Shown here: in pieces, positions 1-10,571 of the stretch
Layout: every line of letters starts with the position of its first letter
Position numbering within the stretch: position 1 is the stretch's first letter
Origin: Demequinaceae bacterium
GTDB lineage: Bacteria; Actinomycetota; Actinomycetes; Actinomycetales; Demequinaceae
Assembly (NCBI GenBank): GCA_965250005.1
Contig: OZ252279.1
Span: 1,200,001 to 1,232,000, forward strand
Direction: 5' to 3'
Length of the DNA stretch: 32,000 bases
Made by a program: the position numbers and the translations under genes
Notes under the pieces: model-generated
What the model was told of the DNA's origin: nothing
The model's input: the letters and a program-made list of their open reading frames with translations, nothing else
Database searches by the model: none

Positions 1-111
1 GTCGAGGACTACGCTTCGCATCAGCGCACGGGTGCCTTCTGCTTAGTGGATGCGCATGACGGCAGAACGCTGGCGGCGGGCACCGCTCGAATCCACGACG
101 GCGCAAAGTAG
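1..111 (+). CDS. cysN: C-terminal fragment (36 codons plus TAG) of probable sulfate adenylyltransferase subunit 1 (CysN-like GTPase)
   Basis: Frame 1 translates as VEDYASHQRTGAFCLVDAHDGRTLAAGTARIHDGAK*, resembling the conserved RTGxFxLID..T..TVAAG tail of CysN. Stop at 109-111. The 5' part lies outside the window. Confidence 0.6.
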   Translation, partial: VEDYASHQRTGAFCLVDAHDGRTLAAGTARIHDGAK

Positions 112-113
112 GC

Positions 114-917
114 GTGCCCGTGTCTTCTCCGGCGCTGTCCCTTCACGGCGTCGCACGCAAGCACCCCGGAGCGACCACTGCCGCGATCGCGGGTGTCGAC
201 CTCGACGTCGCCGACGGCGAGTTCGTATGCGTCGTCGGTCCCTCCGGCTCGGGAAAGTCCACTCTGATCGATCTGCTCGCTGGGCATGCGGAGCCAACGG
301 CGGGAAGAATCACTGCCGCCGGCGTGCAGCTCACGGGGCCCAGCCTCGACCGATCGGTGGTCTTTCAGGAGGCCGCGCTCTTCCCTTGGCTGAACGTCAT
401 GCAAAACGTAGCCTTCGGGCTCCAGTCCCGGGGAGTACCTCGCGCCGAGCGCGAGGCCGCAAGCCGGGAGTGGCTCGACCGAGTAGGGCTGGGACATGCC
501 GCGCACGCGCAGCCGCATGAGCTGTCGGGCGGCATGCGACAGCGGGCAGCGCTCGCGCGCGCCTTTGTCGTCAACCCTCGCATCCTGCTCATGGACGAAC
601 CGTTCTCTGCCCTTGACGCACCCACCCGCGACCGCCTCCACGTGGAACTTCAGAAACTATGGGCCGCGACGGGCGTGACGATCGTGTTTGTCACGCACAA
701 CGTCCGTGAGGCGGTCGCGCTCGGCGATCGCGTGGTGGTGCTCGGTCACGGTCACGTGCTCGGCGAGGTGGCGGTCGACTTCCCCCGCCCGCGAGTGGTC
801 GAGAGCCACGGCGTCATCAATACGTCCGGCAAGGTGCGCGACCTCCTTGACGAAGCCGATCGCATGGGAATCGCACGGGCTGGCGACCACGAAGGTGACG
901 GCTATGTCCAGATCTAG
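114..917 (+). CDS. ABC transporter ATP-binding protein, sulfonate/taurine/nitrate (SsuB/TauB) type
   Basis: Walker A GPSGSGKST, signature LSGGMRQRAALARA, Walker B RILLMDEPFSALD. GTG start 2 nt after the cysN-like stop. Confidence 0.9.
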   Translation: MPVSSPALSLHGVARKHPGATTAAIAGVDLDVADGEFVCVVGPSGSGKSTLIDLLAGHAEPTAGRITAAGVQLTGPSLDRSVVFQEAALFPWLNVMQNVAFGLQSRGVPRAEREAASREWLDRVGLGHAAHAQPHELSGGMRQRAALARAFVVNPRILLMDEPFSALDAPTRDRLHVELQKLWAATGVTIVFVTHNVREAVALGDRVVVLGHGHVLGEVAVDFPRPRVVESHGVINTSGKVRDLLDEADRMGIARAGDHEGDGYVQI

Positions 918-1734
918 CGGCACGCAGCCGGCGGCTCGAATGCGCGCGCCCAACCCTCGCCGCTGGCGCCTCGCCGTCACCGAAGTCTGGCCCGCGCTCG
1001 CCGTGGGCGTCGCGCTAATCGCGGCGTGGTCTTGGGGCTCGCAAGCCGCCGATTCACTTCCCTCTCCCTTGGAGACGCTTGAGGCGCTAGGAGACATGGC
1101 CGGATCCGGCCAGTTATTCTTGATCGCCGCGAAGGTCTTCGCGTTCATGGCTGTCACGAGCGCGCTGAGCGCGGCCGTCGGCGTGCCGTGGGGGATCGCG
1201 TCCGGCTCGTGGCGCTGGCTCGACCGCGCGACCTCGCCCTACTTGTCCGCCATGCGCGCACTGCCTTCTGGCATGTGGATACCTGTGGCAGCGGTCTTGG
1301 TTGGTGGAAGCATCGGCGCGATGGGAGCCGTCGTCATCCTCGGTGCGCTACCGGCGATGGTGCTGGCAACCAAACAGGCCGTCGGTACGATCCCTCCGCT
1401 ACTTCTGCGCGCGGGCCGGACCTTCGGTGCCGGCAAACAAGACCTCATGCGCCGCGTGGTGCTGCCTGCTGCACTTCCTGGGATTGTCGATGGCGTCGAA
1501 CTCGGCTGGGCGATGGGGTTCCGCGCGCTCGTCGCCGGAGAGATTTTCTTCGGAGCAATAGGCGGCACCGGCATCGGCGCTGTCATTGCCGGGAGCCGCG
1601 AATCTGGCGACCTCGCCCCCATGCTCGCCACCATCGCTGTGATCCTCGCGGTCGGTATCGCGATGGACAGGTTGGTTTTTGGGGCAGTCCACCACCGCAT
1701 GCGAAGAAGCCGCGGGCTCGTCGATACCGTCTGA
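904..1734 (+). CDS. ABC transporter permease, SsuC/TauC-like
   Basis: ATG at 904 in frame with track ORF 688..1734, overlapping the ATPase gene by 14 nt. Multi-TM protein with the inner-membrane permease motif ELGWAMGFRALVAGEIFFG. Confidence 0.85.
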   Translation: MSRSSGTQPAARMRAPNPRRWRLAVTEVWPALAVGVALIAAWSWGSQAADSLPSPLETLEALGDMAGSGQLFLIAAKVFAFMAVTSALSAAVGVPWGIASGSWRWLDRATSPYLSAMRALPSGMWIPVAAVLVGGSIGAMGAVVILGALPAMVLATKQAVGTIPPLLLRAGRTFGAGKQDLMRRVVLPAALPGIVDGVELGWAMGFRALVAGEIFFGAIGGTGIGAVIAGSRESGDLAPMLATIAVILAVGIAMDRLVFGAVHHRMRRSRGLVDTV

Positions 1735-1804
1735 TCTAGACCCCCGTGCGGCCCGCGCGACCTCAACGGTGTGGTTCGGACGGGTGCGGTGAGATGATGG
1801 AAGT

Positions 1805-2773
1805 GTGAATCAACGCCTCGACCCCAAGGGCCTGGCGTTCGCGTTCGCCGCGTACGGGATCTGGGGCTTCTTCCCTGTCCTGATGGCCGAGTTGCGGCCG
1901 GCGGGCCCCATCGAGATTGCCGCGCACCGAGCGCTGTGGTCCCTCGCCGTTGCCGCGATCATCCTGCTCGCCTGGCGACGCTGGGGCGCCCTCTGGGCGG
2001 TCCTACGCAACCGGCGCGCCATGCTCGTGCTCGCAGTCGCAGCCGTCCTCATCGCCATCAACTGGGCCGTGATGCTGCACGCGATTCTCACGGATCACGT
2101 GTCGTCGGCGGCATTAGGCTACTACATCAACCCGCTGATAACCGTGGGCCTGGGAGTGTTTTTCCTGCGCGAGAATCTCCATGGCGCTCAAAAGATTGCG
2201 ATCGGGATCGGCGCCGTCGCCGTCGCCGTTATTGGCATCGGACTCGGAGGCATCCCGTGGGTCTCGCTCACGCTGGCGGTGAGTTTCGCTCTCTACTCGC
2301 TGGTCAAGACGCGCGTCGGTGCGAGCATCGACCCCGTGACAGGCTTCACCGTCGAGACCACTATTCTGGCGCCCTTCGCTCTGGGCGTGGTGTGGTTCAT
2401 CGCGTCGAGCGGCCAGGCAACCTGGGGCGCTGAGGGAGTTGGCCACGACCTCTGGCTTGCAAGCACCGGAATCTGGACCGCGGGCGCGCTGATAATCTTT
2501 GCTGCGGGCGCCGCGCGGTTGCCGCTGAGCATCACGGGACTCATTCAGTACCTCGCACCCACGATCAACTTCATACTCGCCATCGTCTATTTCCACGAGC
2601 CAATGCCTCCCGAGCGGTGGGCTGGCTTCGCCCTGGTTTGGGTTGCGCTGGCGGTGATCTCAGTGGACAGCTGGAAGCGCTCCGCTGGTAGAGCCGACCG
2701 GCGCGCGCGGCGCGTCTCTGGCCCGCGGGCCTCCGAGCCGGCTCAAGTGGTCAAACCCACCGAACCGATCTAA
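1805..2773 (+). CDS. rarD: EamA-family transporter RarD
   Basis: 322 aa, about 10 TM; N-terminus LAFAFAAYGIWGFFPVLMAELRPAGPIEIAAHRALWS is typical of RarD. GTG start. Confidence 0.9.
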   Translation: MNQRLDPKGLAFAFAAYGIWGFFPVLMAELRPAGPIEIAAHRALWSLAVAAIILLAWRRWGALWAVLRNRRAMLVLAVAAVLIAINWAVMLHAILTDHVSSAALGYYINPLITVGLGVFFLRENLHGAQKIAIGIGAVAVAVIGIGLGGIPWVSLTLAVSFALYSLVKTRVGASIDPVTGFTVETTILAPFALGVVWFIASSGQATWGAEGVGHDLWLASTGIWTAGALIIFAAGAARLPLSITGLIQYLAPTINFILAIVYFHEPMPPERWAGFALVWVALAVISVDSWKRSAGRADRRARRVSGPRASEPAQVVKPTEPI

Positions 2774-2912
2774 GAGTAGGACGCCCGACAGAACGACGGC
2801 AACCACAAGACCGTCGTGCCTCCGGCGGCCAATGGCCTGAGCCACAGTCGCTTCAACCCGCAGGTCACGAGCCAGGTGCGCCGTAACGCACTGCGCTCGC
2901 CCCCTCCCGGGC

Positions 2913-3905
2913 CTAGGCGCCGCGCGCCACCATGGCATTCGCGAACGATTCAAACGCTACCTTGACGTCGCCGTCGGGCAGGCCGGCGACGGCTCCCGTG
3001 GCCCGGTCCGTCCACTCCCGGGCGCGCTCCGCCGTCTGGTCGAGCACCGGGTGCTCGGCAAGTTCTGCGACGACCGCCTCTAGGGCCGCGTCGGTGCTGA
3101 GATCCCCATCGATCTTCGCCAGCAGTGCGACATCCGCCGGGTCCGCTGTGTCAGCCACGCGCTCACGAAGCAGGAGGACGGGCATAGTCGCCACGCCTTC
3201 GCGAAGGTCCGTTCCCGGCGTCTTCCCCGTCGTTTTGGCGCTCGAACGAATATCGATCACGTCATCCGCGAGCTGGAAAGCAACGCCTGCGAACTCGCCG
3301 AAGCTCGAGACCTGCTTAACGATCGCGGGCGCGCAGCCAGCAAACATCGCACCGAAGCGCGCCGACGTCGCAATGAGCGATCCAGTCTTGTCAGCGAGCA
3401 CTTGAATGTAGTGCGCGATCGCGTCCTCGCCCTCGGCGGGTCCCACTGTTTCGTGGAGCTGGCCAAGGCACAGGCGCTCGAACGTCTCAGCTTGGATGCG
3501 GACTGCCTCAGGCCCGAGGCCGGCAACGACGCGCGACGCGCGTGCGAAGAGCAGGTCGCCGGTGAGTATTGCTACCGAGTTGCCCCACACCTCATGGGCT
3601 GCGGGTGCCCCACGGCGCATCGGCGCCGAATCCATGACGTCGTCATGGTACAGCGTTGCGAGGTGAGTGAGCTCGCACACCACCGCGGCGTCCAAAACCT
3701 CGGGGCGCGCGCCATCGCCCAGTTGGGCGGCCAGCAGCGCGAGGACGGGACGAAGCCGCTTTCCCCCGGCGTTAACCAGGTGGCGACTGGTCGTGTCGGC
3801 AAGCGCGTCCGTCTGCGCTACCGCGTCGCGCAGGCGCTCCTCGACCAGCGCGAGGCGCGGCTCGAGCAGAGACTCGAGCGCGGCGTTAGCGAGGGGAAGC
3901 GTCAC
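2913..3905 (-). CDS. Trans-isoprenyl (heptaprenyl-type) diphosphate synthase
   Basis: GTG start at 3905 inside the longer track ORF. Has GGKRLRPVL, first Asp-rich motif HDDVMDSAPMRRG and second motif FQLADDVIDI. Starts inside the nuoN stop (GTGA overlap), so part of the nuo operon. Confidence 0.9.
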   Translation of the reverse strand: MTLPLANAALESLLEPRLALVEERLRDAVAQTDALADTTSRHLVNAGGKRLRPVLALLAAQLGDGARPEVLDAAVVCELTHLATLYHDDVMDSAPMRRGAPAAHEVWGNSVAILTGDLLFARASRVVAGLGPEAVRIQAETFERLCLGQLHETVGPAEGEDAIAHYIQVLADKTGSLIATSARFGAMFAGCAPAIVKQVSSFGEFAGVAFQLADDVIDIRSSAKTTGKTPGTDLREGVATMPVLLLRERVADTADPADVALLAKIDGDLSTDAALEAVVAELAEHPVLDQTAERAREWTDRATGAVAGLPDGDVKVAFESFANAMVARGA

Positions 3906-5467
3906 GGAACAAGGATGGCGGCATCGGCGAGAATTGTCAGCACCCCCGAGGGGATCACACCAAGAAGGACGGTTGCGGCTGCCGCGATCGCGATGACAAC
4001 GCTCGGCCCGCGCGCCGTAGTGACGGTGATGTCGCCCTCCATGCCCTCGGGCACCGGAGTGAGGAACATCAGCACGATGACGCGAACGTAGAAGAATGCA
4101 GCCGCGGCCGACGCCAGCACGGCGACGAGCACAAGCGGCCACGCCCCGGCAGCCATCGCAGCCTGGAATACGACGAATTTGCCCACGAACCCGGCCGTGA
4201 TCGGGATGCCCGCGAATGACAGCAGAAATAGCGCCATCGCAGCCCCGAGCAACGGAGACCGACGGCCCAGGCCAGCCCACTGGCCGAGCCTGGTCGCTTC
4301 CGCTCCCAGTGCGCCGTCTTTCTGGGTCTCGCGAACCTGGCTCACGACGGCAAACGCGCCCATCGTGGCAAGCCCGTACACGAGCATGTAGAACGGCAAT
4401 GCCGACAGGGCCTCGTTCTCGAATGACGTGATAGCTATGAGCAGGAAGCCAGCGTGCGCGATCGACGAATATGCGAGCATGCGCTTCATGTCGGTCTGAA
4501 CCATGGCGACGACGGTGCCAAGCACCATGGTCACGATGGCGACCGTCCAGAGCACCGGCGCAAGTTCAGCCTCGAGCGGGTACTCCGCGACGTAGAGGAA
4601 GCGGACCAGGGCTGCGACAGCGGCGGCCTTGGTCGCGGCCGCCATGAACGCCGTCACGGGAGTCGGCGCGCCCTGGTAGGCATCTGGCGTCCACGCGTGG
4701 AATGGGACCGCTCCCAGTTTGAAGAGAAGTCCGACGATCACCAGGATCGAGCCCGCGATCAGGAACGCCTCGCCGTCGCGGCCAAGCGTGAGCGCCCTGT
4801 AGATGCCATCGAACGCCGTGGTGCCTGCGAACCCGTAGAGCAGCGCGGCGCCAAATATGTAGATCGCCGAGGAGAACGCGCCCATCAAGAAGTACTTAAG
4901 CGCCGCTTCTTGCGAGAGCAACCGCCTGCGACGGGCGAGGCCAACCATGATGTACAGCGGCAGCGAGAATACCTCGAGGACAACGAACAACGCCACGGTG
5001 TCCGACACCATGGTGAAGAGCATCATGCCGCCGGTCGCAAACAGGGCAAGCGGGAACACCTCTGTTTGGATAAATCCGCGACGAGACGCGATCGCCTCTT
5101 CCTCAGACCCGGGTGCCGCTGCCGCGAGTGGCGTGAACGCGTCTTCGCCGTTCGTGCGGGACGCGAATAGCATCGCGGCGAGCGCGCCGAAGATCGCAAT
5201 CATCACCTGCCAGGCGAGCGCCTGGCGGTCGCTGACGATCATGTTGCCGATCACGTGGACGCCCGCTCCGTCGAGCAGCGCCCACTGAACGATGGCCGTG
5301 CAGGCCGCGGCGATGGTCGCAATCTGCATGGAGGTGGCTTGAATAGTCCGGCGCAATTCGTGGGAGCGGACAAATGCCTCCACCAGGATGCCGAGCACGC
5401 CGGCGCCGAGCACAATCAGCACGGGGGCGAGAGCCACCCAGTCGATTTCCGGTGTCACAAAGATCAC
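3902..5467 (-). CDS. nuoN: NADH-quinone oxidoreductase subunit N
   Basis: 521 aa multi-TM antiporter-like protein. Last nuo gene in canonical order; GTGA overlaps on both sides. Confidence 0.95.
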   Translation of the reverse strand: MIFVTPEIDWVALAPVLIVLGAGVLGILVEAFVRSHELRRTIQATSMQIATIAAACTAIVQWALLDGAGVHVIGNMIVSDRQALAWQVMIAIFGALAAMLFASRTNGEDAFTPLAAAAPGSEEEAIASRRGFIQTEVFPLALFATGGMMLFTMVSDTVALFVVLEVFSLPLYIMVGLARRRRLLSQEAALKYFLMGAFSSAIYIFGAALLYGFAGTTAFDGIYRALTLGRDGEAFLIAGSILVIVGLLFKLGAVPFHAWTPDAYQGAPTPVTAFMAAATKAAAVAALVRFLYVAEYPLEAELAPVLWTVAIVTMVLGTVVAMVQTDMKRMLAYSSIAHAGFLLIAITSFENEALSALPFYMLVYGLATMGAFAVVSQVRETQKDGALGAEATRLGQWAGLGRRSPLLGAAMALFLLSFAGIPITAGFVGKFVVFQAAMAAGAWPLVLVAVLASAAAAFFYVRVIVLMFLTPVPEGMEGDITVTTARGPSVVIAIAAAATVLLGVIPSGVLTILADAAILVP

Positions 5468-6951
5468 TTGGACACCTCCGCTACGTGGCTGAGCGAGTTC
5501 TCGGTGGGCACCTGCAAGACGTCAATCGCGAGTCCAGGCAGGAATCCGAGCACCAGCATGAGCGTGATGAGTGGCGCGATGACCCAGCGCTCGCGCGAGG
5601 ATAGCTCCTTGAGCTTCTCGAGACCCTCACGGGTTGGGCCAGCAAACACGCGCTGGTAGGTCAAGAGTATGTAGACCGCAGCGAGCACCACGCCGAGCGT
5701 GGAGACAATGACCGCGGCTCGGGCTACCTCGAACGCGCCCACTAGCACCATGATCTCAGAGATGAATGGGGACAGGCCCGGAAGCGCGAGTGCCGAGAGG
5801 CCCACCACCAAGAACATTCCGGCGAATACGGGGGCGACTTTCTGCAGGCCGCCGTAATCACTCACGTTCGCGCTACCCGTGCGCGCTATCAGGAATCCGA
5901 CCAGCAGGAAGAGCGCGCCGGTGGAGAGGCCGTGGTTAAACATGTAGAGCGACGCGCCTTCGACAGCGGTCTGCTGAAGCGCGAAGATGCCAAGCACCAT
6001 GATCCCAAAGTGCGAGACCGACGTGTACGACACCAGGCGCAGCATGTCCTTCTGCCCGATCGCGAGCATCGCGCCGTAAATCACGGACAGCGCGGCAATC
6101 GGAATGATCACAGGAGCGGCCCACATGGACGCCGCAGGAAACAACGCGATACAGAGAGTTAACATGCCAAACGTGCCGACCTTGTCCAGCACCGCGACCA
6201 AGAGTGCCGTGGTTCCTGGCCGCGCGGTCTGGGCGACCGTGGGCAGCCAAGTATGGACCGGCACCATGGGAGCCTTGATGGCGAACGCAAGGAAGAAGCC
6301 CAGGAACATGAGGCGCTCGGCGGTGACGCCGAGTTCGAGTCCCGTAAGGTTGTCCGTGAGGAATGCCTGCTCACCGCCAGGGCCGGCAAAGTAGAGCGCC
6401 ACGACCGCGACGAGCATGACGAGGCCGCCGAACAGTGAGAACAGCAAGAACTTGACCGCGGCGTAGCGGCGTTGTTCACCGCCGAAGAGCCCGATCATGA
6501 AATACAGAGGGATGAGCATCGCCTCGAAGAGCACGTAGAAGAGGAATACGTCGCGCGCGGCGAAGATGCCCACCATGAAGGTCAACGTCAGCAGGACTAG
6601 CGAGAAGTACTTGGCCTGCTGGTCGGGGTCGGTGTCTTCCTTCCATCCAGCCAACATCACGAGCGGCGTCAAGATTACGGCGAGCAGCAGGAGCATCAGT
6701 CCCAGCCCGTTGACTCCTAGCGCCCAACTAGCACCAATCTGCGGGATCCACCCGTAGATCTCAGCGAACTGGAACGCACCAGCATCGTCCCGTGCAAACT
6801 GCAGCGCCATGACAGCCGCAATCGCCAGCTCGAGGCCAGCCACGCCGAGCGCAATACGGCGCGCGCGCCCACGTGCTCCGGCTGGAAGCAAGCGCAGAGC
6901 GAGGGCGCCGGTGGCGGGCAGCGCCACCAGCACGGTCAGGTACGGGAACAT
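5464..6951 (-). CDS. nuoM: NADH-quinone oxidoreductase subunit M
   Basis: 495 aa; AIKAPMVPVHTWLPTVAQTARPGTTALLVAVLDKVGTFG motif and position in operon. Confidence 0.97.
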   Translation of the reverse strand: MFPYLTVLVALPATGALALRLLPAGARGRARRIALGVAGLELAIAAVMALQFARDDAGAFQFAEIYGWIPQIGASWALGVNGLGLMLLLLAVILTPLVMLAGWKEDTDPDQQAKYFSLVLLTLTFMVGIFAARDVFLFYVLFEAMLIPLYFMIGLFGGEQRRYAAVKFLLFSLFGGLVMLVAVVALYFAGPGGEQAFLTDNLTGLELGVTAERLMFLGFFLAFAIKAPMVPVHTWLPTVAQTARPGTTALLVAVLDKVGTFGMLTLCIALFPAASMWAAPVIIPIAALSVIYGAMLAIGQKDMLRLVSYTSVSHFGIMVLGIFALQQTAVEGASLYMFNHGLSTGALFLLVGFLIARTGSANVSDYGGLQKVAPVFAGMFLVVGLSALALPGLSPFISEIMVLVGAFEVARAAVIVSTLGVVLAAVYILLTYQRVFAGPTREGLEKLKELSSRERWVIAPLITLMLVLGFLPGLAIDVLQVPTENSLSHVAEVSK

Positions 6952-8832
6952 CTAGAGCGCTCCGATCAGTGCGATGGCAAGTATCACGACGACTCCGACC
7001 AGTACCGACGCCGCGTACGAGCGAACCTTGCCGGTCTGGAGCCGGCGCAGCGACTCTCCCAGGCGGGTGACGCCCGCCGCGGTCGCATTGACGCCGCCAT
7101 CCACAACCGTGGCATCCGCGTAGACAAGCGTGCGGACGGCGTACTGACCAGGGCGCTGGTAGAGGCCCTCGTTGATGGCGTCCTGGAAGAGATCGTTGCG
7201 GGCAACGACCGTCAGGAGCGAGCCGCGCGGCGCCTCGGTCGGCACCAAGCGACGCACATATTGGAGCCACGCGAGCGCGACGCCGAGGAGCACAAGGGTG
7301 AGCGTGAGTCCAATGATCACAGAGACCGCTAGAACAGGTTCGTGATGCTCGGCGTGCCCGGTCACGGGTTCGAGCCACGTAGCGAACGAGTCCCCAACGG
7401 CGAGCAACAATCCGAGGACCGCTGAGCCGACCGCGAGCACGATCATCGGCACAGTCATGAGCCGGGGCGATTCGTGCGGGTGCTGATCGTCCGTCCATCG
7501 CTGTTTGCCGTAGAACGTCATGAAGAACAGGCGGGACATGTAGTACGCCGTAATTCCAGCGCCCAAGAGAGCGGCGCCACCCAGGAGCCACGGCTGCGCG
7601 CCATCGCCAACGAACGCCGCCTCGATGATCTTGTCCTTGGACCAGAAGCCCGAGAACGGCGGGATGCCAAGGATGGCGAGCCAGCCCAACCCGAAGGTCA
7701 CCCAGGTGACCTTCATGAGTCCGGAGAGGCCACCGAACCGGCGCATATTGACCTGGTTGTCCATGCCGTGCATGACGGAGCCGGCGCCGAGGAACATCCC
7801 GGCCTTGAAGAAGCCGTGGGTCACGAGGTGGAAGATGGCGAACGCGTATCCGGCCGGGCCGAGGCCTGCGGCGAGCATCATGTAGCCGATCTGGGACATC
7901 GTGGACGCGGCCAGCGTCTTCTTGATGTCGTCTTTCGCTGTACCAATGATCGCCCCCATGAGGAGCGTGATCGCGCCAACGATGGCGACGACCAGAAGGG
8001 CAGTTGGCGCACCGTTGAAGATCGGGGCCGAGCGGACGATGAGGTACACGCCCGCAGTCACCATGGTCGCGGCGTGAATGAGCGCGGATACCGGCGTGGG
8101 TCCGGCCATCGCGTCACCCAACCAGGACTGCAGCGGGAACTGCGCGGACTTGCCAGTCGCGGCGAGCAGCAGCATCAGCCCGATGGCCGTAAGAGTTCCC
8201 TCGGACAGGCCGGGAGCCGCGTCGAAGACCGTCGAGAAGTCCACTGCGCCAATAGCTGCGAACATGAGGCCAAGCGCAACGATCAAACCAATGTCGCCAA
8301 TGCGGTTCACGATGAACGCCTTCTTGGCGGCCACCGCATACTCCTGGTTGTGGTTCCAGAATCCGATCAGCAAGTACGAGGCCAGGCCAACACCCTCCCA
8401 GCCAACAAAAAGCAGCAGGAACGAGTCCGCAAGAACCAGCAGCAGCATAGCCGCCACAAACAGATTGAGGTACGCGAAGAAGCGGACCCGGCTGGGGTCG
8501 CCCTCCATGTAAGCCACGGAGTAGACGTGGATGAGCGTTCCCACGAAGCTGACGAGGAGCACGAACGTAAGTGAGAGCGGGTCCACGAGGAACGCGGCCT
8601 CGACCGAAAGCTCGCCGCCTGTGATCCAGTCAAAGAGGTGCACCGTTGCCGAACGGTCGTGCGAGTCGCGCGACAGCAGATCTATGAACGCGCCGAGGCC
8701 CACGACGAACGTCGAGCCCGACGCGGCGACTCCCAGCCAATGCCCCCACGCTTGGGCGCGGGAACCGGCGAGCATGAGCACCGTCGCACTCGTAAGCGGA
8801 ACGGCGACCAGGAGCCAGGTCAGTGACAGCAT
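6952..8832 (-). CDS. nuoL: NADH-quinone oxidoreductase subunit L
   Basis: 626 aa; [39 protein letters not shown] motif. Confidence 0.97.
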   Translation of the reverse strand: MLSLTWLLVAVPLTSATVLMLAGSRAQAWGHWLGVAASGSTFVVGLGAFIDLLSRDSHDRSATVHLFDWITGGELSVEAAFLVDPLSLTFVLLVSFVGTLIHVYSVAYMEGDPSRVRFFAYLNLFVAAMLLLVLADSFLLLFVGWEGVGLASYLLIGFWNHNQEYAVAAKKAFIVNRIGDIGLIVALGLMFAAIGAVDFSTVFDAAPGLSEGTLTAIGLMLLLAATGKSAQFPLQSWLGDAMAGPTPVSALIHAATMVTAGVYLIVRSAPIFNGAPTALLVVAIVGAITLLMGAIIGTAKDDIKKTLAASTMSQIGYMMLAAGLGPAGYAFAIFHLVTHGFFKAGMFLGAGSVMHGMDNQVNMRRFGGLSGLMKVTWVTFGLGWLAILGIPPFSGFWSKDKIIEAAFVGDGAQPWLLGGAALLGAGITAYYMSRLFFMTFYGKQRWTDDQHPHESPRLMTVPMIVLAVGSAVLGLLLAVGDSFATWLEPVTGHAEHHEPVLAVSVIIGLTLTLVLLGVALAWLQYVRRLVPTEAPRGSLLTVVARNDLFQDAINEGLYQRPGQYAVRTLVYADATVVDGGVNATAAGVTRLGESLRRLQTGKVRSYAASVLVGVVVILAIALIGAL

Positions 8833-8834
8833 TC

Positions 8835-9152
8835 TCAGCCCTTCAACTCTGCGGGCTCGTCTAGCGAGACAGTTTGACGCGCCCGGAAAACGGCGATGAT
8901 GATAGCCAAGCCCACAACGACCTCAGCGGCGGCAACGACCATCACCAAGAAGGCCATGACCTGGCCGTGCGGATCGGGGCTGCCGCCGGGAAACGCCGCC
9001 GCGCGTGAGAACGTCACCAGCACCAAGTTCGCCGCGTTGAGCATGAGCTCGACACCCATGAAAGCGACGATGGCGTTGCGTCGGACGAGCACCGTCACGG
9101 CGCCGATGACGAAGAGGATTGTGGCGAGATAGATGTAGTTCATGGGGTTCAT
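8835..9152 (-). CDS. nuoK: NADH-quinone oxidoreductase subunit K
   Basis: Start trimmed to [14 protein letters not shown] (ATG at 9152, ATGA overlap with nuoJ). [18 protein letters not shown] motif. Confidence 0.95.
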   Translation of the reverse strand: MNPMNYIYLATILFVIGAVTVLVRRNAIVAFMGVELMLNAANLVLVTFSRAAAFPGGSPDPHGQVMAFLVMVVAAAEVVVGLAIIIAVFRARQTVSLDEPAELKG

Positions 9153-9901
9153 TCGCCATCCTCCTTTTCGCTCGCGAGCCACCGCTTGCCATCGCTGGAC
9201 TGGTTGCGCGCCTTCAGCACGCGCGAGACAGATTCCTCGATCGGTTTACCCTCGGGGTCGAGCGCCGGGATGTCCAGCGCGTTGTGGCGCGCGTAGACGC
9301 CGGGCATCATCTTGTTGACGGGATTGGCCTTGGCAAGCAGGCGCTGCTCGGCGACTTCCAGCTGGGTGCGGCGCGCGCGCAGACGCGGCAAGTGCGTCAA
9401 CACCAGGGCGCCGACGGCGGCGGTGATCAGCAAGATGCCGAGCACCTCCATGATCACCACGTAGCGGCCGAAGATGGAATTCGCGACTGCCTCCGGGTTA
9501 GTGACAGACGGATTCTGACGAAGATCGTTGAACTCAACGGCGACGCGGCTAAACGCGGTGATCAGCAGCGCGGCAAGGCCAAGCCCTCCAAGGAGGGCGA
9601 TCCAGCGCTGCCCACGCAGCGTCTCCTTCATGTCCTCCCGCTGGTCCACGCCCACGAGCATCAGGACAAAGAGGAACAGCATCATCACGGCGCCGGTGTA
9701 CACGACGATCTGCACCACGCCCAGGAACGGGGCGGCGAGCTGGATGTACAGGATAGCGAGGCTAACCATCACGAGCACGACGGCCATGGCTACGTGCACG
9801 GCCTTGCGTGCGAACAGCAGCCCGAGGGCAGCACCGACCATGGTCACAGCGAGGATCCAAAAGAGGACCTCACCGCCCATCACTGCTTGCTCTTCACCCA
9901 T
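9149..9901 (-). CDS. nuoJ: NADH-quinone oxidoreductase subunit J
   Basis: 250 aa; [34 protein letters not shown] motif. Confidence 0.95.
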   Translation of the reverse strand: MGEEQAVMGGEVLFWILAVTMVGAALGLLFARKAVHVAMAVVLVMVSLAILYIQLAAPFLGVVQIVVYTGAVMMLFLFVLMLVGVDQREDMKETLRGQRWIALLGGLGLAALLITAFSRVAVEFNDLRQNPSVTNPEAVANSIFGRYVVIMEVLGILLITAAVGALVLTHLPRLRARRTQLEVAEQRLLAKANPVNKMMPGVYARHNALDIPALDPEGKPIEESVSRVLKARNQSSDGKRWLASEKEDGE

Positions 9902-10571
9902 GGCTCACCTCCACGTTCTCGGGCAGAGTGCCGTCGGTAGGACGTTCCGCGCGGACCCACTCGATCTGGTCTTCGACCGCACCAGTGACATCGCCCCGAT
10001 AGTAGTCACCGTCGGTGGTGCCAGGAACCATTGGGTGGGGAGCTGCGAGCATGCCGTCCTGCATCGGGGCCAGAAGGTCCTGTTTCTCGTAGATCATGTC
10101 TTCGCGCGTGGAACCGGCAAGTTCGTACTCGTTCGTCATGGTCAGCGCGCGCGTGGGGCACGCCTCAATGCACAGCCCGCAGAAGATGCAGCGCAGGTAG
10201 TTTATTTGGTAGACGCGGCCGTACCGCTCGCCGGGCGAGAACTGCGAGTCCTCGGTGTTCGAGTCGCCCTCGACGTAGATGGCGTCCGCCGGGCACGCCC
10301 AAGCGCACAACTCGCAGCCGATGCACTTCTCGAGCCCGTCGGGGTGGCGATTGAGTTGATGGCGGCCGTGATAGCGAGGCGCCGGTGGAACCTTCTCCCG
10401 CGGGTACTGCTCGGTCACCGACGGGCGAAAAAAGTTCCGCATGGTCACGCCGAATCCGGCCACAGGAGCGAGCATCTCGCCCACCGCTCCCTTGCGGGGC
10501 AGGTTCGATACGAATTCCTCGGGTGGAGCCGACTTGCGATTGGCGGCCCAGACATCGTCTTCCTTAGTCAT
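9894..10571 (-). CDS. nuoI: NADH-quinone oxidoreductase subunit I (2x[4Fe-4S])
   Basis: Start trimmed to ATG at 10571 ([13 protein letters not shown]). Two ferredoxin motifs, [12 protein letters not shown] and [12 protein letters not shown]. Confidence 0.95.
   Translation of the reverse strand: MTKEDDVWAANRKSAPPEEFVSNLPRKGAVGEMLAPVAGFGVTMRNFFRPSVTEQYPREKVPPAPRYHGRHQLNRHPDGLEKCIGCELCAWACPADAIYVEGDSNTEDSQFSPGERYGRVYQINYLRCIFCGLCIEACPTRALTMTNEYELAGSTREDMIYEKQDLLAPMQDGMLAAPHPMVPGTTDGDYYRGDVTGAVEDQIEWVRAERPTDGTLPENVEVSHG

Noticed and set aside
1793-1798. GATGAT 6 nt upstream of the rarD GTG as another leaderless -10
   Set aside because: Spacing fits, but it lacks the initial T and TAGNNT pattern, and a purine-rich GGAAG also lies next to the start; too weak to add to the set.
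2793-2817. 7-bp inverted repeat ACGACGG...CCGTCGT between convergent rarD and the prenyl synthase gene
   Set aside because: Short stem, 11-nt loop, no T-tract; too weak to call a terminator.
2660-2953. Minus ORF with a hydrophobic stretch (HDGLVVAVVLSGVLLLDRFG) across the rarD/prenyl synthase gap
   Set aside because: Mostly antisense to rarD and overlapping the synthase 3' end; no SD or recognisable family. Probably GC-driven.
7474-8574. 366-aa + strand ORF opposite nuoL (His/Glu/Arg-rich)
   Set aside because: Shadow ORF of the conserved nuoL reading frame; no RBS or family features.
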